A stretch of 64,000 nt of DNA, taken from positions 6,139-70,138 of the forward strand of contig JBEULE010000042.1 in the NCBI GenBank assembly GCA_041287495.1, in the 5' to 3' direction. A program made the position numbers and the translations under genes. This document shows positions 20,794 through 30,839 of this stretch, piece after piece (the first letter of the stretch is position 1; each line of letters begins with the position of its first letter). The notes below the pieces were generated by a model, which did no database searches, was not told the origin of the DNA, and saw only the letters and a program-made list of their open reading frames with translations. The stretch is from Hydrogenothermaceae bacterium (GTDB lineage: Bacteria > Aquificota > Aquificia > Aquificales > Hydrogenothermaceae).

Positions 20794-22082
20794 ATTAACT
20801 CTCCAACAACATCGTATTTATCAACTACATCTTTTATTTTAACTTTAAGTATATTTCCCGGTTTAACCGGTTCTGTTGTCTCTATATAGACAATACCATC
20901 TATGTCGTAGGCATTTCTATAACTTCTTCCTATAGGTAGTGTCTCCCATTCTTCTGAAAAACCATCCACTATAACATCAAAAACCTTCCCAACTGTATAT
21001 CTATTTTTTTCTTCTGTTATATCTTCCTGTATAGATAAAATAGTGTTAAATCTCTCAATCTTTTCTTGGTAAGGTATCAAATCTTGATGCTTTTGGTAAG
21101 CAGGGGTTCCTTCTTCGTGGGAGTAGGTAAATATTCCAAGCCAGTCAAATTTAGCTTCCTGTATAAATTTAACCATATTTTCAAAATCTTTTTCACTTTC
21201 AGAAGGGTATCCCACTATAACAGAACTTCTTATAGCTATATCTGGAATATACTTGTCTTTCCACTCTAAAATTTGGTACAACTTTTTCTTTCTATAGCCT
21301 CTCATCATATCCTTTAATATATTGTCTTCACTATGTTGTATAGGCATCTCTATATATTTTAAAACTTTTTTACTATCCTTAAGAAATTTAAAGAAATCCT
21401 CATCTACTGTAGAAGGATAAAGATAGAAAAGTCTTATCCATTGAATTCCATCTATTTTTTCAATTTCTTTCAAAAGATTAGACAACATAGGTTTATTATA
21501 GATGTCATATCCATAATAACTTGTATCCTGAGAGACGATATTTAACTCTTTAACTCCTAAATCAGCTAATCTCTTCGTTTCTTCAACGAGAACTTCTAAT
21601 GGTTTACTTCTATGTTTTCCCCTTATGTTAGGAATAGCACAGAAAGAACATGTATGGTCGCAACCTTCCGATATCTTCAAGTAGGCAAGATGTTTTGGTG
21701 TTGATATAACTCTGTCTGATTTTTCATTTTTATCTAAACCTATCATTAACGGTATATCTCTCTGTTGTGATATATCTATGAAAAGATCAACCTCTGGAAT
21801 CTCCCTTTGAAGCTCCTCTTTGTACCTTTCCACCAAACATCCTGTAACTATAACCTTTTTATCTGAATTTTTTTTATATTCACATGCTTCAAGTATAGTA
21901 TTTATAGATTCCTCTTTGGCAGCATCAATAAAACCACATGTGTTTATTATGATAATATCAGAATTTTCCGGATCTGAACTAAACTCTATCTGGTCTCTCT
22001 TAAAACTTCCCAAAAGATATTCAGTATCCACAAGATTTTTAGGACATCCTAAACTTATAACATTTATTTTAATTTTTCTCAA
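20790..22082 (-). CDS. rimO: ribosomal protein S12 methylthiotransferase RimO
   Basis: 430 aa. RimO N-terminus [13 protein letters not shown], a radical-SAM CxxxCxxC motif (CDHTCSFC) and a TRAM domain. Confidence 0.85.
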   Translation of the reverse strand: MRKIKINVISLGCPKNLVDTEYLLGSFKRDQIEFSSDPENSDIIIINTCGFIDAAKEESINTILEACEYKKNSDKKVIVTGCLVERYKEELQREIPEVDLFIDISQQRDIPLMIGLDKNEKSDRVISTPKHLAYLKISEGCDHTCSFCAIPNIRGKHRSKPLEVLVEETKRLADLGVKELNIVSQDTSYYGYDIYNKPMLSNLLKEIEKIDGIQWIRLFYLYPSTVDEDFFKFLKDSKKVLKYIEMPIQHSEDNILKDMMRGYRKKKLYQILEWKDKYIPDIAIRSSVIVGYPSESEKDFENMVKFIQEAKFDWLGIFTYSHEEGTPAYQKHQDLIPYQEKIERFNTILSIQEDITEEKNRYTVGKVFDVIVDGFSEEWETLPIGRSYRNAYDIDGIVYIETTEPVKPGNILKVKIKDVVDKYDVVGELI

Positions 22083-22150
22083 AAAACACCCCTTGAAATT
22101 TTGATAAAATAAGATATCATATTAAAAAAAGTTTTCAAGAAGGTTTAAAA

Positions 22151-22366
22151 ATGATCGATCCTAATACTTTTCAACAGATGGAAAAAAATGCTACAGATTT
22201 ACTTTTAAAAATTTTAATACCTCTATGGATTATTTTATCGGTAGTCGTTACAGTGTGGAGCTACAAATCTACAAGAGCAAAAGTATTTTGGAAAAACCTT
22301 TACAAAAGTGTATTTCCTCCTAAAGAATCAACCTCTAACGAAGAAAAAAGATGGTTTAGAAAGTAG
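22151..22366 (+). CDS. hypothetical small single-TM protein
   Basis: 71 aa ORF with one hydrophobic helix. No recognisable family. Confidence 0.25.
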   Translation: MIDPNTFQQMEKNATDLLLKILIPLWIILSVVVTVWSYKSTRAKVFWKNLYKSVFPPKESTSNEEKRWFRK

Positions 22367-22810
22367 TCATAAATCCTTTGAATTTAGTATAAATGTAACA
22401 GGTCCATCATTTAAAATATAAACTTTCATATCTGCACCGAATATTCCAGTTTGTGTTGGAATATGTTTTGATATCTCCTTAACAAATAAACTATACAGTC
22501 TGTTAGCATACTCCGGATCTGCTGAAAAATCAAAAGAAGGTCTTCTACCTTTTCTAAGATTCGCAACCAAGGTAAACTGTGAAACAACAAGAGCCTCACC
22601 TTTAATATCAATCAAGGAAAGATTCATCTTTCCATTTTGGTCTTCAAATATCCTCAAATTGACGATTTTATTTATAAGTTTTAAAACATCCTCTTCAGTA
22701 TCTTCTTTTGAAACTCCAAGAAGAATATTAACTCCTTTACCTATTTTACCAACAACTTTTCCTTCAACTTCTACATAAGACTCCAAAACTCTCTGGACTA
22801 CAGCTATCAT
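22367..22810 (-). CDS. dtd: D-aminoacyl-tRNA deacylase
   Basis: 147 aa. N-terminus MIAVVQRV and the SQFTL motif. Confidence 0.9.
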   Translation of the reverse strand: MIAVVQRVLESYVEVEGKVVGKIGKGVNILLGVSKEDTEEDVLKLINKIVNLRIFEDQNGKMNLSLIDIKGEALVVSQFTLVANLRKGRRPSFDFSADPEYANRLYSLFVKEISKHIPTQTGIFGADMKVYILNDGPVTFILNSKDL

Positions 22811-23400
22811 CTAGCAATTATTCCGTAGAAAAGTTCAGATATAAGTTCTTCTGGATTTGATATTATAGGTCCGGTTCTTCCTTCCATTACATAAGCAAAG
22901 ACCTTTGCCTGTATTAAACCTATAAATAACATAGCCGTTTCAGAGGGATTTACATCTTTTCTAATTATACCTTCCTGCTGACCTTTTTCAATTATAGTCG
23001 CAAGTTTCGATTTATAATCATTTACAAATGAGTGCAGTATATCAAAAAACTTTTTATTTCCTGACCTACTAAATTCAAAACACAGTATAGGAACAACTCC
23101 CCTAGTTTCTTCTAACACAGATATATGTTCTCTCATAACCTGTTTTAAGGTTTCCTCTGTAGATAAATTCATAGCCATAGCTCTATCTACACTTTGGGAG
23201 CATTTTCCAATATATCTATTTATTATCTCTACAATGATAGTGTCAAGGGAAGGAAAATGTTTATATATAGCAGCATCTGTTATACCTATCTTATTACCTA
23301 TATTTTTTGCTGTAAACTTTCTAAGTCCCTCTTCAAATATAATCTGTGCTCCAGCACGTATTATCTTTTCTTTTGTTGACAACTCTTCAGTCTCAACCAT
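22807..23400 (-). CDS. TetR/AcrR-family transcriptional regulator
   Basis: 197 aa. N-terminal HTH ([21 protein letters not shown]). A 4-nt overlap with dtd downstream. Confidence 0.7.
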   Translation of the reverse strand: MVETEELSTKEKIIRAGAQIIFEEGLRKFTAKNIGNKIGITDAAIYKHFPSLDTIIVEIINRYIGKCSQSVDRAMAMNLSTEETLKQVMREHISVLEETRGVVPILCFEFSRSGNKKFFDILHSFVNDYKSKLATIIEKGQQEGIIRKDVNPSETAMLFIGLIQAKVFAYVMEGRTGPIISNPEELISELFYGIIAR

Positions 23401-23410
23401 TTAAAACCTC

Positions 23411-24271
23411 CTAAATAAGTAAGATATTACAAAACTCCGTTAGAGATAGGGAAGCTCCAGCTGCGTTTCTATGTCCTCCACCTCCAAGTAGTTTAGCCAA
23501 ATCTAAAGCAGATGGATTATGGTGGTCTAAACTTCTAAAACTAAGCTTTACATAATCTCCATTTATAGAAAATAAACATACAGCTTGGTCAAACTTTGTA
23601 CTTAGTAAATTACCTATCTCAGATTGAAAAAGTCCTGTGTTATAAGCTCTAACCTTATAATCTCCTATCTTTATAAACAGATCTTTTGACTTCTCTACAA
23701 AAGTTTCAATAAGATATGTTGTATACTGGTTGATTATCTTTCCCTTTTCTATTATTTGTTCTAAGGATTGATTTTGTATTATGTCTTTTACCTCTTCAGG
23801 TTTGTTTGTAAACAAAAATAGGTAATCATTAACATACTTTGTGATATCTCCAAATTCCCACTTCCATATATCCTTATCTTCAACATATTTAACCACTTCC
23901 GGTAAATTATCTCCAAAGAAATACCTGTAAGTTAAAGATGCTCCGGAGGAGTTATCGTCAAAGATATATTTAAGATTTGGATACTTTTTAGATAGATTTT
24001 CCAACATTTCCTTAACACTTATATGGTGGTCTATCACTACTACATTTACTCCTTTTTTAAGGAGAGTTTCAAGATCTTTTTCTTTTAGAGAAAAGTCAAC
24101 AATGTAAACAGTTGTATCCTCGTCTACTTCAGAAAGTAGATCATTTAAAACTTCCTCTTTATAGCTATGTTCAAAGGGAAGGAGCTTACATTCATTTAAC
24201 TTCATAAGTAAAACAGCTGCAGCCGTTGTTCCGTCTGTACAGTTTTTGTGATATACGCAAATATTTTTCAT
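23411..24271 (-). CDS. DHH/DHHA1-family phosphoesterase (NrnA-like)
   Basis: 286 aa. DHH motif (VVVIDHH) and DHHA1 motif GGGGH. Confidence 0.7.
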   Translation of the reverse strand: MKNICVYHKNCTDGTTAAAVLLMKLNECKLLPFEHSYKEEVLNDLLSEVDEDTTVYIVDFSLKEKDLETLLKKGVNVVVIDHHISVKEMLENLSKKYPNLKYIFDDNSSGASLTYRYFFGDNLPEVVKYVEDKDIWKWEFGDITKYVNDYLFLFTNKPEEVKDIIQNQSLEQIIEKGKIINQYTTYLIETFVEKSKDLFIKIGDYKVRAYNTGLFQSEIGNLLSTKFDQAVCLFSINGDYVKLSFRSLDHHNPSALDLAKLLGGGGHRNAAGASLSLTEFCNILLI

Positions 24272-24521
24272 TAAAACCTCCTCTACAATATTTTAAGTTA
24301 ATAAATGCTAACTGTAAAGCTTTTTGTAATCAAAATAATTATATATCTTTTCATCAAAAAATTTGTATATGAATATCTTTATCTAATATACAGAGAATTA
24401 CATATTTTTTAAAAATCTCATTTAACCAAAAAAATTACTATTTAAAAACAAATTAATAACAAAAATTTTCTCATTTTTAGTATAACCTGAAAAGTAAATC
24501 TTTATCTATCACACTCTAAGA

Positions 24522-24550
24522 TTGACAACCACTATATGTAGTGTTATATT
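24522..24550 (+). promoter_or_regulatory. sigma70-type promoter TTGACA-N17-TATATT for nrdBA
   Basis: TTGACA at 24522-24527 and TATATT at 24545-24550. NrdR box 1 sits in the spacer. Confidence 0.5.
24529..24544 (+). promoter_or_regulatory. NrdR box 1 (ccACTATATGTAGTGt)
   Basis: 16-bp palindrome matching the NrdR-box consensus acaCwAtATaTwGtgt. Confidence 0.6.
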
Positions 24551-24559
24551 AAATCAAAA

Positions 24560-24575
24560 ACACTATATGTAGGAG
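24560..24575 (+). promoter_or_regulatory. NrdR box 2 (aCACTATATGTAGGAg), overlapping the nrdB RBS
   Basis: Second copy 31 bp downstream of box 1, which is the canonical tandem spacing. It covers AGGAGG at 24571-24576. Confidence 0.55.
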
Positions 24576-24581
24576 GATACC

Positions 24582-25562
24582 ATGGCATTCATCGGAAAGA
24601 CCTCTGTCAGAGACAATATAAGACTTTCAGAAAGTCCAAGATATCCAGTTTTTAAAGAGATATATACAAAACAGAAAAAAGCTGTTTGGTTTCCAGAAGA
24701 GCTGAATATACAACAGGATGTTCTTGATTACAAATCTCTAACTTCTACAGAGAAAGATCTATTTGATTCTGCAGTTGGATATTTTGCTTCTTCCGAGTTG
24801 TTAGTCCAAAATGTCCTTGGTAATGGCTTCTTTCCAGTTTTAACTGACCCTTACGCTAAGATGAGTTTTTCAACCCAGATGTTTATGGAAAACATTCATT
24901 CTGACTTTTTTGAAATAATACTAAACAGTTTTGATATGGACAGGAAGAGAATATATAACATCACCTTAGAAGATAAATTACTGATGGAAAAGCAGGAGCT
25001 TATTGTAAGGGCTGTTGATAGGATAACTTACGGAAAAGCTGACCCTGACAGTTTGGAAGGTAAAAAGCAGATTCTCACTTCTATACTTTTAAACAACATA
25101 ATTCAGGAAGGACTTTTCTTCTATTCAGCCTTTGCACACTTTTTTGCAATGAAGGATACGGGAAAGATGAAGAATGTTGTCAGTGGAGTTGAGCTTATCC
25201 TTATAGATGAGTCTCTGCATCTTCAAAACGGAATAGAAGCTATTCTTACAATAGTGGAAGAGAATCCTGAGATAGTTGATGACTATAACTTTGTAGAGAA
25301 TATAAGACAATCCATAATAGATGCAGTTGAACTTGAGCTTAACTATCTAAAAACAAAATTTGGCGGAACAACAATATTCGGAGTATCTTACAGAGAGCTT
25401 GAGCAGTATATGAAGTATATAGCTGATAGGAGACTTATAGAACTTGGATTTGACCCTCAATTTAACATCCAAGAGAATCCTCTTAAATTCTTACAAAAAG
25501 AAGATATTAAAAAATTAACAAATTTCTTTGAAGTATCTTCTACTGAATATACCAATTTCTAA
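24582..25562 (+). CDS. nrdB: ribonucleotide reductase class I small subunit (R2); Phe replaces the radical Tyr, Glu is first ligand (class Ic-like)
   Basis: 326 aa. Ferritin-like ligand set E72 / E103-x2-H106 / E..E-x2-H (IDESLH). The position aligned to E. coli Y122 is F110 (ENIHSDFF). The C-terminal tail ends EVSSTEYTNF. Confidence 0.8.
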   Translation: MAFIGKTSVRDNIRLSESPRYPVFKEIYTKQKKAVWFPEELNIQQDVLDYKSLTSTEKDLFDSAVGYFASSELLVQNVLGNGFFPVLTDPYAKMSFSTQMFMENIHSDFFEIILNSFDMDRKRIYNITLEDKLLMEKQELIVRAVDRITYGKADPDSLEGKKQILTSILLNNIIQEGLFFYSAFAHFFAMKDTGKMKNVVSGVELILIDESLHLQNGIEAILTIVEENPEIVDDYNFVENIRQSIIDAVELELNYLKTKFGGTTIFGVSYRELEQYMKYIADRRLIELGFDPQFNIQENPLKFLQKEDIKKLTNFFEVSSTEYTNF

Positions 25563-25647
25563 AAATTTCAAGGATGTATGTTAGTTAAATAAAAATTGTA
25601 CTGTAGTATAAATTTTACAAGATGTTAAAGAAAGGAGGTCAATTTTG

Positions 25648-28045
25648 GATGGCAACTGTTGAAAGAGTAGTTATCAAGAGGGATGGGTCTGTTGAGAAAT
25701 TTCAGATGAAAAAACTTATAGATGCCATATTTGCACTTTTAGATGGTCTTGATCTTCCTGATGATTATGAGATAGTTTTTAAAGTGGCAAAGGAGCTTGA
25801 TTTAAAAATACCTGAAAGAACAACAACAGAAGACCTTGACTATCTTGTATTAAAAGCTATAGAGCATCTAATACCAAAAAACTACATATACGATACACTT
25901 GCAACAAGACAACTTCTGAAAATAATAAACAGAAGAATAGATAGGAGATTTAACAGTTTTAGAGATTATATTGGTTATGCTGTAAAAGAACAGCTCTTAA
26001 AACCAGAACTCTTAAATTTCGATACAGATTTACTTGAAAGTAAGATAGATTACAAGAGAGATTACAATCTTGACTACTTTGGACTTTCAACACTTAAAGA
26101 TAGATATTTTATGAAAGACAGAAATTTTGAGATAATAGAGAAACCTCAGTGGTTTTTTATGAGAGTTGCTATGGGAATAGGCAACAACGAAGAGGAGATT
26201 TTGAAGATATACGATAAGTTATCTAACCTTGAATATCTCCATTCAACTCCTACACTATTTAACTCCGGAACACTTACAAATCAGTATTCAAGCTGTTATG
26301 TAAATGTAATAGATGACTCTTTAGACTCGATAATGGACAAAGCAAAAGAAACAGCGTTTTTAGCTAAGTATGCCGGTGGAGTTGGAACAGATGTAACAAG
26401 AATAAGAGCAACAGGAAGTAAGATACACTCTCTAAACGCAAAATCCTCAGGAATAATACCATTTATAAAGATTTTTGACACAATAGTAAATGCTATACAA
26501 CAAGGTGGAAGAAGAAGAAGTAGTCAAGTTATGTACCTACAGCCTTGGCATCTTGATGTAGAAGCATTTTTAGATTTGAGAGAAACGACAGGAAATCCTT
26601 ATTTTAGAACCCCTTCACTAAATACAGCTTTATGGATGCCTGATGAACTTATGAGAAGAATAAAAGAAGGGGAGTTTATTTATCTATTTGACCCGGCAGA
26701 ATGTCCTGAGTTAATAACCGCTTGGGGAGGAGATTTTAAGAAGAAATACGAACAATGTATAGAAAAAGCAGAGAAGGGAGAACTTTCACTATGGAAGAAG
26801 ATATACAGTCAAGACTTTTATAAAAAATTCCTGTTTAAACTTGCAAAAACAGGACATCCTTGGCTTACCTTTAAAGACAGACACAATGAACATAATCCTT
26901 GTCCGGAGTATTCAGTTATAAACTCTTCTAACCTATGTACTGAGATTAGCATTCCTAACTCACCTGAATCTACTGCTGTTTGCACCCTTGCATCCGCTAA
27001 TTTAGCAAAACACATAAAAGAAGACAAAACAGATATAGATTGGGATAAGCTTAAAGAAACTCTAGAGATTATGGTTGTTGCTCTTGATAACATCCTTGAC
27101 AAAAACTTCTATCCTTCAGAAGAGTCAAGGAAAAACACAATGGATTTAAGACCTATTGGAATTGGATTAATGGGATTCCACGAAGCACTTATAAAATTGG
27201 GAATACCTTACGATAGTGATGAAGCAGTAGAACTTGGAAGAAAGATAGCAAAATTTATGAGAGAAGTTACCTATAAAAAATCTGAGGAACTTGCAAAGGA
27301 AAGGGGACCATTCCCTCACTACATTGAGATGGAAAAAGCTGGAAAACCATACCCTTACCCACCACGAAGAAATGCAGTTTTATTAGCAATAGCTCCGACT
27401 GCTTCAATATCAATAATAGCTGGAACATCTTCATCCATAGATAGTTACTTCTCAAACATATTCTCAAGGGACACGTTGTCAGGTAAATTTATAGTAGTAA
27501 ATAAACCTCTTATGAAAGAGTTAGAAGAGAAAGGACTCTGGTCAGAAGAACTTGCCGAAAAGATAAAAGCTGACGGTGGTTCTATTCAATACATCTCAGA
27601 GCTTGAAGGAAAGATAAACAAAAACTTATACAAAACAGCTTATGAGATAAGCCCTTACAGACAGATAGACATAGCAGCTGCTTTTCAAGAGTATATAGAC
27701 CAAGCAGTTTCAAAATCCCTTTACATAGAAGAAGACCTAAGGTCAGATATGGAGAACATATACATGTATGCTTGGGAAAAAGGTCTAAAATCAACTTACT
27801 ACTGCTTCATAGACAAAACAGTTAAAGGTGAAAAATACACCTTACATGTAAATAAGAGAGGTGAAAGAAGAGGTTTTGGACTTGCAAAAAGAGATACATC
27901 ACAGGTTGATAGAGATTTAGAAGAACTTGAAAAACTTGCAAGAGAAAAATATGGAGATGAAGTTGTTGATAAAGTAAAATCTGGAAATTTAGAAGCCTGT
28001 CCAACAGACCCAATTTTAGCAAAGATATGTCCAAGTTGTGAATAA
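25648..28045 (+). CDS. nrdA: ribonucleotide reductase class I large subunit (R1) with N-terminal ATP-cone
   Basis: ATP-cone VIKRDGSVEKF, active-site NLCTEI, and a C-terminal CxxC..CxxC tail. The start is moved to ATG 25648 (behind GGAGG at 25634-25638) instead of the upstream in-frame ATG 25622 used in the track. Confidence 0.85.
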
Positions 28046-28220
28046 TGATTAAAAAAGAAGAGTTAGAAAAAGAGATAGAGGGCTTGCCGAAAGAGGTAAA
28101 GTCCTCTGCTTACAAATACGGATATAATCCAAATTGATATACTATGCAGAATGTGTGCTTACAAATCCTGTATGCAACAATCAGAGGGAAGAAATATTCT
28201 AAGAAGAAGTTTTAAAAAAA

Positions 28221-29567
28221 GTGAAGATGAAAACAGTAAAAACTGATATAACCTGCCGTTTAGATAGTTTACCCTGGACTGGCTTCCATACAAAATTTGT
28301 CATAGCTCTCGGTATTACGTGGATACTTGATGCTTTTGAAGTTGTTATAGTTAGTGTAGTATTAAAATCTATGTCAAAGACTCTTAACTTATCTACTTTT
28401 GAATCATCCTGGATAGTAAGTAGTTTCCTCATTGGTGTTTTGGCCGGTGCTTTAATTTTTGGATACTTAGCAGATAAATACGGTAGGAAAAAGATATTCT
28501 TTATAACACTTTTACTTTACTCTCTTGGGACATTCTTAACAGGACTTGCTGACAGTTTTGAAATTATACTTCTATTTAGATTTATAACAGGACTTGGTTT
28601 AGGAGGAGAGTTTTCTGCTATCCACTCTGCAATAGACGAGTTTATTCCTTCGAAATACAGGGGAAGAATTGATGGCTTTATAACTGCTTCATGGAATTTA
28701 GGAAGTGTTTTTGCTTCAATAACAGGAATGTATCTAATATCAAAACTTCCAGAGAATATTGCTTGGAGATATGCCTTCTTTTTCGGAGGTATTCTTGCAT
28801 TAATTATAGTTTTTATAAGAGTATTCATCCCGGAATCACCAAGATGGCTTATATCAAAAAACAGATTAGAAGAAGCTAAAAGTATAGTTAAAAACATAGA
28901 AGAAAAATACCATATAAAGCCTGTAAAGAGAGAGTGCGAAATCCATATCTTTGAAGGAGGACTAAAAGAAGCTATAAAGATAATAATCACAAAGTATAGA
29001 GGAAGATTTCTCTTTGGTTCAGCAATGAGCTTTACTATACTGACCACATACTACGGTTTCATAACTATACTTCCCCTCGTAATCACATCTGAGTATAACT
29101 TACCTACTTCCGAAATTCCAAAGCTACTTTTAATATCAAGTGTATCCGGACTTATAGGTGGTATAATAACATCAATAGCAACAGATAAAATAGGTAGAAA
29201 ACTTACCGGAACAGTTATAGCACTTCTATCAATGCTTCTATCTGTCTCATTTATATTCAATCAGGATATATACACAACCGTGGCAGTTTATTCGTTTGTA
29301 GCTTACTCCTTTGCAAGTGTTGCATATGTATCTGCTATGGAAGTTTATCCATCATATCTAAGAGCAACAGCTATTGGAATACTATCTGTAATAGGACGAA
29401 TATCGGGAATGTTAGCTCCACCGTTTTTAACATACCTATCTACAATTAATTATAAATACAGTATCCTCGGACTTTCGCTGTTTTGGTTTGTCGGATTTTT
29501 TGCCTTCTTCCTATGGACAAAATTCGGTATAGAAGCAAAAGGTAAATCTTTAGAAGAAATAAGTTAA
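28221..29567 (+). CDS. MFS transporter
   Basis: 448 aa with 12 predicted TM helices. MFS motif GYLADKYGRKKIF. The start may be ATG 28227. Confidence 0.8.
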   Translation: MKMKTVKTDITCRLDSLPWTGFHTKFVIALGITWILDAFEVVIVSVVLKSMSKTLNLSTFESSWIVSSFLIGVLAGALIFGYLADKYGRKKIFFITLLLYSLGTFLTGLADSFEIILLFRFITGLGLGGEFSAIHSAIDEFIPSKYRGRIDGFITASWNLGSVFASITGMYLISKLPENIAWRYAFFFGGILALIIVFIRVFIPESPRWLISKNRLEEAKSIVKNIEEKYHIKPVKRECEIHIFEGGLKEAIKIIITKYRGRFLFGSAMSFTILTTYYGFITILPLVITSEYNLPTSEIPKLLLISSVSGLIGGIITSIATDKIGRKLTGTVIALLSMLLSVSFIFNQDIYTTVAVYSFVAYSFASVAYVSAMEVYPSYLRATAIGILSVIGRISGMLAPPFLTYLSTINYKYSILGLSLFWFVGFFAFFLWTKFGIEAKGKSLEEIS

Positions 29568-29884
29568 TAAAGTTTCAAAACTTTATAGATATCTTCTTTA
29601 CAGGCGTAAAATAAAACTATCTCAAAATTATCAATATCTTGAAGTAAAGATTTCATGGCTTCATCTTTAACTTTAAGATAAGTTTTAGATGAGGAGAGAT
29701 TTTCTATCATATCTTCCGGAAAAGTCTCTATACTAAACTCTTTATCCGAAGTTTTCCAAACTCTCTTTATCAATCCAAAAGTTGGATGCTCCTGAACTTC
29801 TATGGGAAACATAGATATAAGTTGATTCATCAGTATCTCAATCTCTATCTTCTGGGGATAAAATCTCATAAGCTTAAATTTCAT
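29564..29884 (-). CDS. hypothetical protein
   Basis: 106 aa with no family match. Its stop overlaps the MFS stop (TTAA), and a GC hairpin lies upstream. Confidence 0.4.
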   Translation of the reverse strand: MKFKLMRFYPQKIEIEILMNQLISMFPIEVQEHPTFGLIKRVWKTSDKEFSIETFPEDMIENLSSSKTYLKVKDEAMKSLLQDIDNFEIVLFYACKEDIYKVLKLY

Positions 29885-29899
29885 AATAAACTTTGTTTA

Positions 29900-29921
29900 A
29901 CGGGAGGGATATCCCTCCCGT
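29900..29921 (-). terminator. perfect GC-rich 22-nt palindrome ACGGGAGGGATATCCCTCCCGT downstream of the peroxiredoxin gene
   Basis: 9-bp GC-rich stem immediately after the prx stop (29928), followed on the minus strand by a U-rich stretch. Confidence 0.5.
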
Positions 29922-29927
29922 ATATGA

Positions 29928-30533
29928 TTATCCTTGGAGTGCTTCGTAAACGTGTCCAACAAGCTCTTCAGAAGGTTTGAGAGTTTTCTTACCTGGTTCC
30001 CACTTAGCAGGACATGCTTCTTCCGGATGACTAATTAAGTATGCGTTAGCTTTCATCTTTCTAAGAAGTTCATCTGCATTTCTACCAACGTTGTAGAAGT
30101 TAACTTCTGAAGATACAAGTTTTCCTTCTGGGCTTATTATAAACGTTCCTCTTAAAGCAAGACCTGTTGCACAGTCGTATACACCAAACATTCTTGAAAC
30201 TTTACCTGTTGGGTCTGCACCCATAGGGTATTTAACATTTTCTAAAAGTTTTTCATCTCTATGCCATGCAAGATGAACAAACTTAGTATCAGTAGAGACA
30301 GATACAACTTCAGCACCAAGTTGTTTTAACTCTTCATACTTTTCAGCCAAGTCAGCAAGCTCTGTTGGACATACAAATGTAAAGTCTGCTGGATAGAAAA
30401 AGAGAATAGTCCATTTACCCGCTTTCTTTGCATCAGTTAAAGAGAACTTTCCAAATTTTCCGGTTGCAGGGTCATAAGTTTCCATCTCAAAATCCGGAAC
30501 TTCTTGACCTACTAAGATTACTCTTTCTTCCAT
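29928..30533 (-). CDS. peroxiredoxin (AhpC/TSA family)
   Basis: 201 aa. Peroxidatic Cys motif FTFVCPTEL. Confidence 0.9.
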   Translation of the reverse strand: MEERVILVGQEVPDFEMETYDPATGKFGKFSLTDAKKAGKWTILFFYPADFTFVCPTELADLAEKYEELKQLGAEVVSVSTDTKFVHLAWHRDEKLLENVKYPMGADPTGKVSRMFGVYDCATGLALRGTFIISPEGKLVSSEVNFYNVGRNADELLRKMKANAYLISHPEEACPAKWEPGKKTLKPSEELVGHVYEALQG

Positions 30534-30699
30534 GTTAATACCTCCCTGTTGAAGTTTTTTCTAATTTTAATAATAACAATTCTTAATAAGCTTATAAATG
30601 ATAAATATCACATATCAAAATTTATTGGTAAATTTGAAAATCTGCAAATTTTTTAATAGAAAAATTTCTAAAAATAATAGTTTAAAGAAAGTTAAAATT

Positions 30700-30715
30700 T
30701 GGCATAACTTTTGCA
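30700..30715 (+). promoter_or_regulatory. candidate sigma54 (-24/-12) promoter TGGCAT-N5-TTGCA
   Basis: GG and GC elements separated by exactly 10 nt. Located about 125 nt upstream of the cytochrome c ATG at 30840. Confidence 0.35.
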
Positions 30716-30839
30716 TAATACAAAACAGAACAGTTGAATAGGTTTTAAATTAACATTACAACTAAATAATTGTAATTGATTTTAAAATGGCTTTCGAGTA
30801 AACTATTAATTTGAAAATTCTTTAATAGGAGGTATAGCT

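Noticed and set aside
25622-25647. Upstream in-frame ATG giving NrdA a 9-aa N-terminal extension (MLKKGGQFW)
   Set aside because: ATG 25648 is preceded by GGAGG at optimal spacing and begins the conserved ATP-cone. The upstream ATG has no SD.
26296-28034. Five short minus-strand ORFs (26296-28034) inside nrdA
   Set aside because: All lie antisense within the 798-aa NrdA CDS. No independent signals.
24582-28045. Intein insertions in the RNR genes
   Set aside because: Both proteins have normal lengths (326 and 798 aa) with contiguous conserved motifs. There is no extra domain and no Cys/Ser...HN splice junction.
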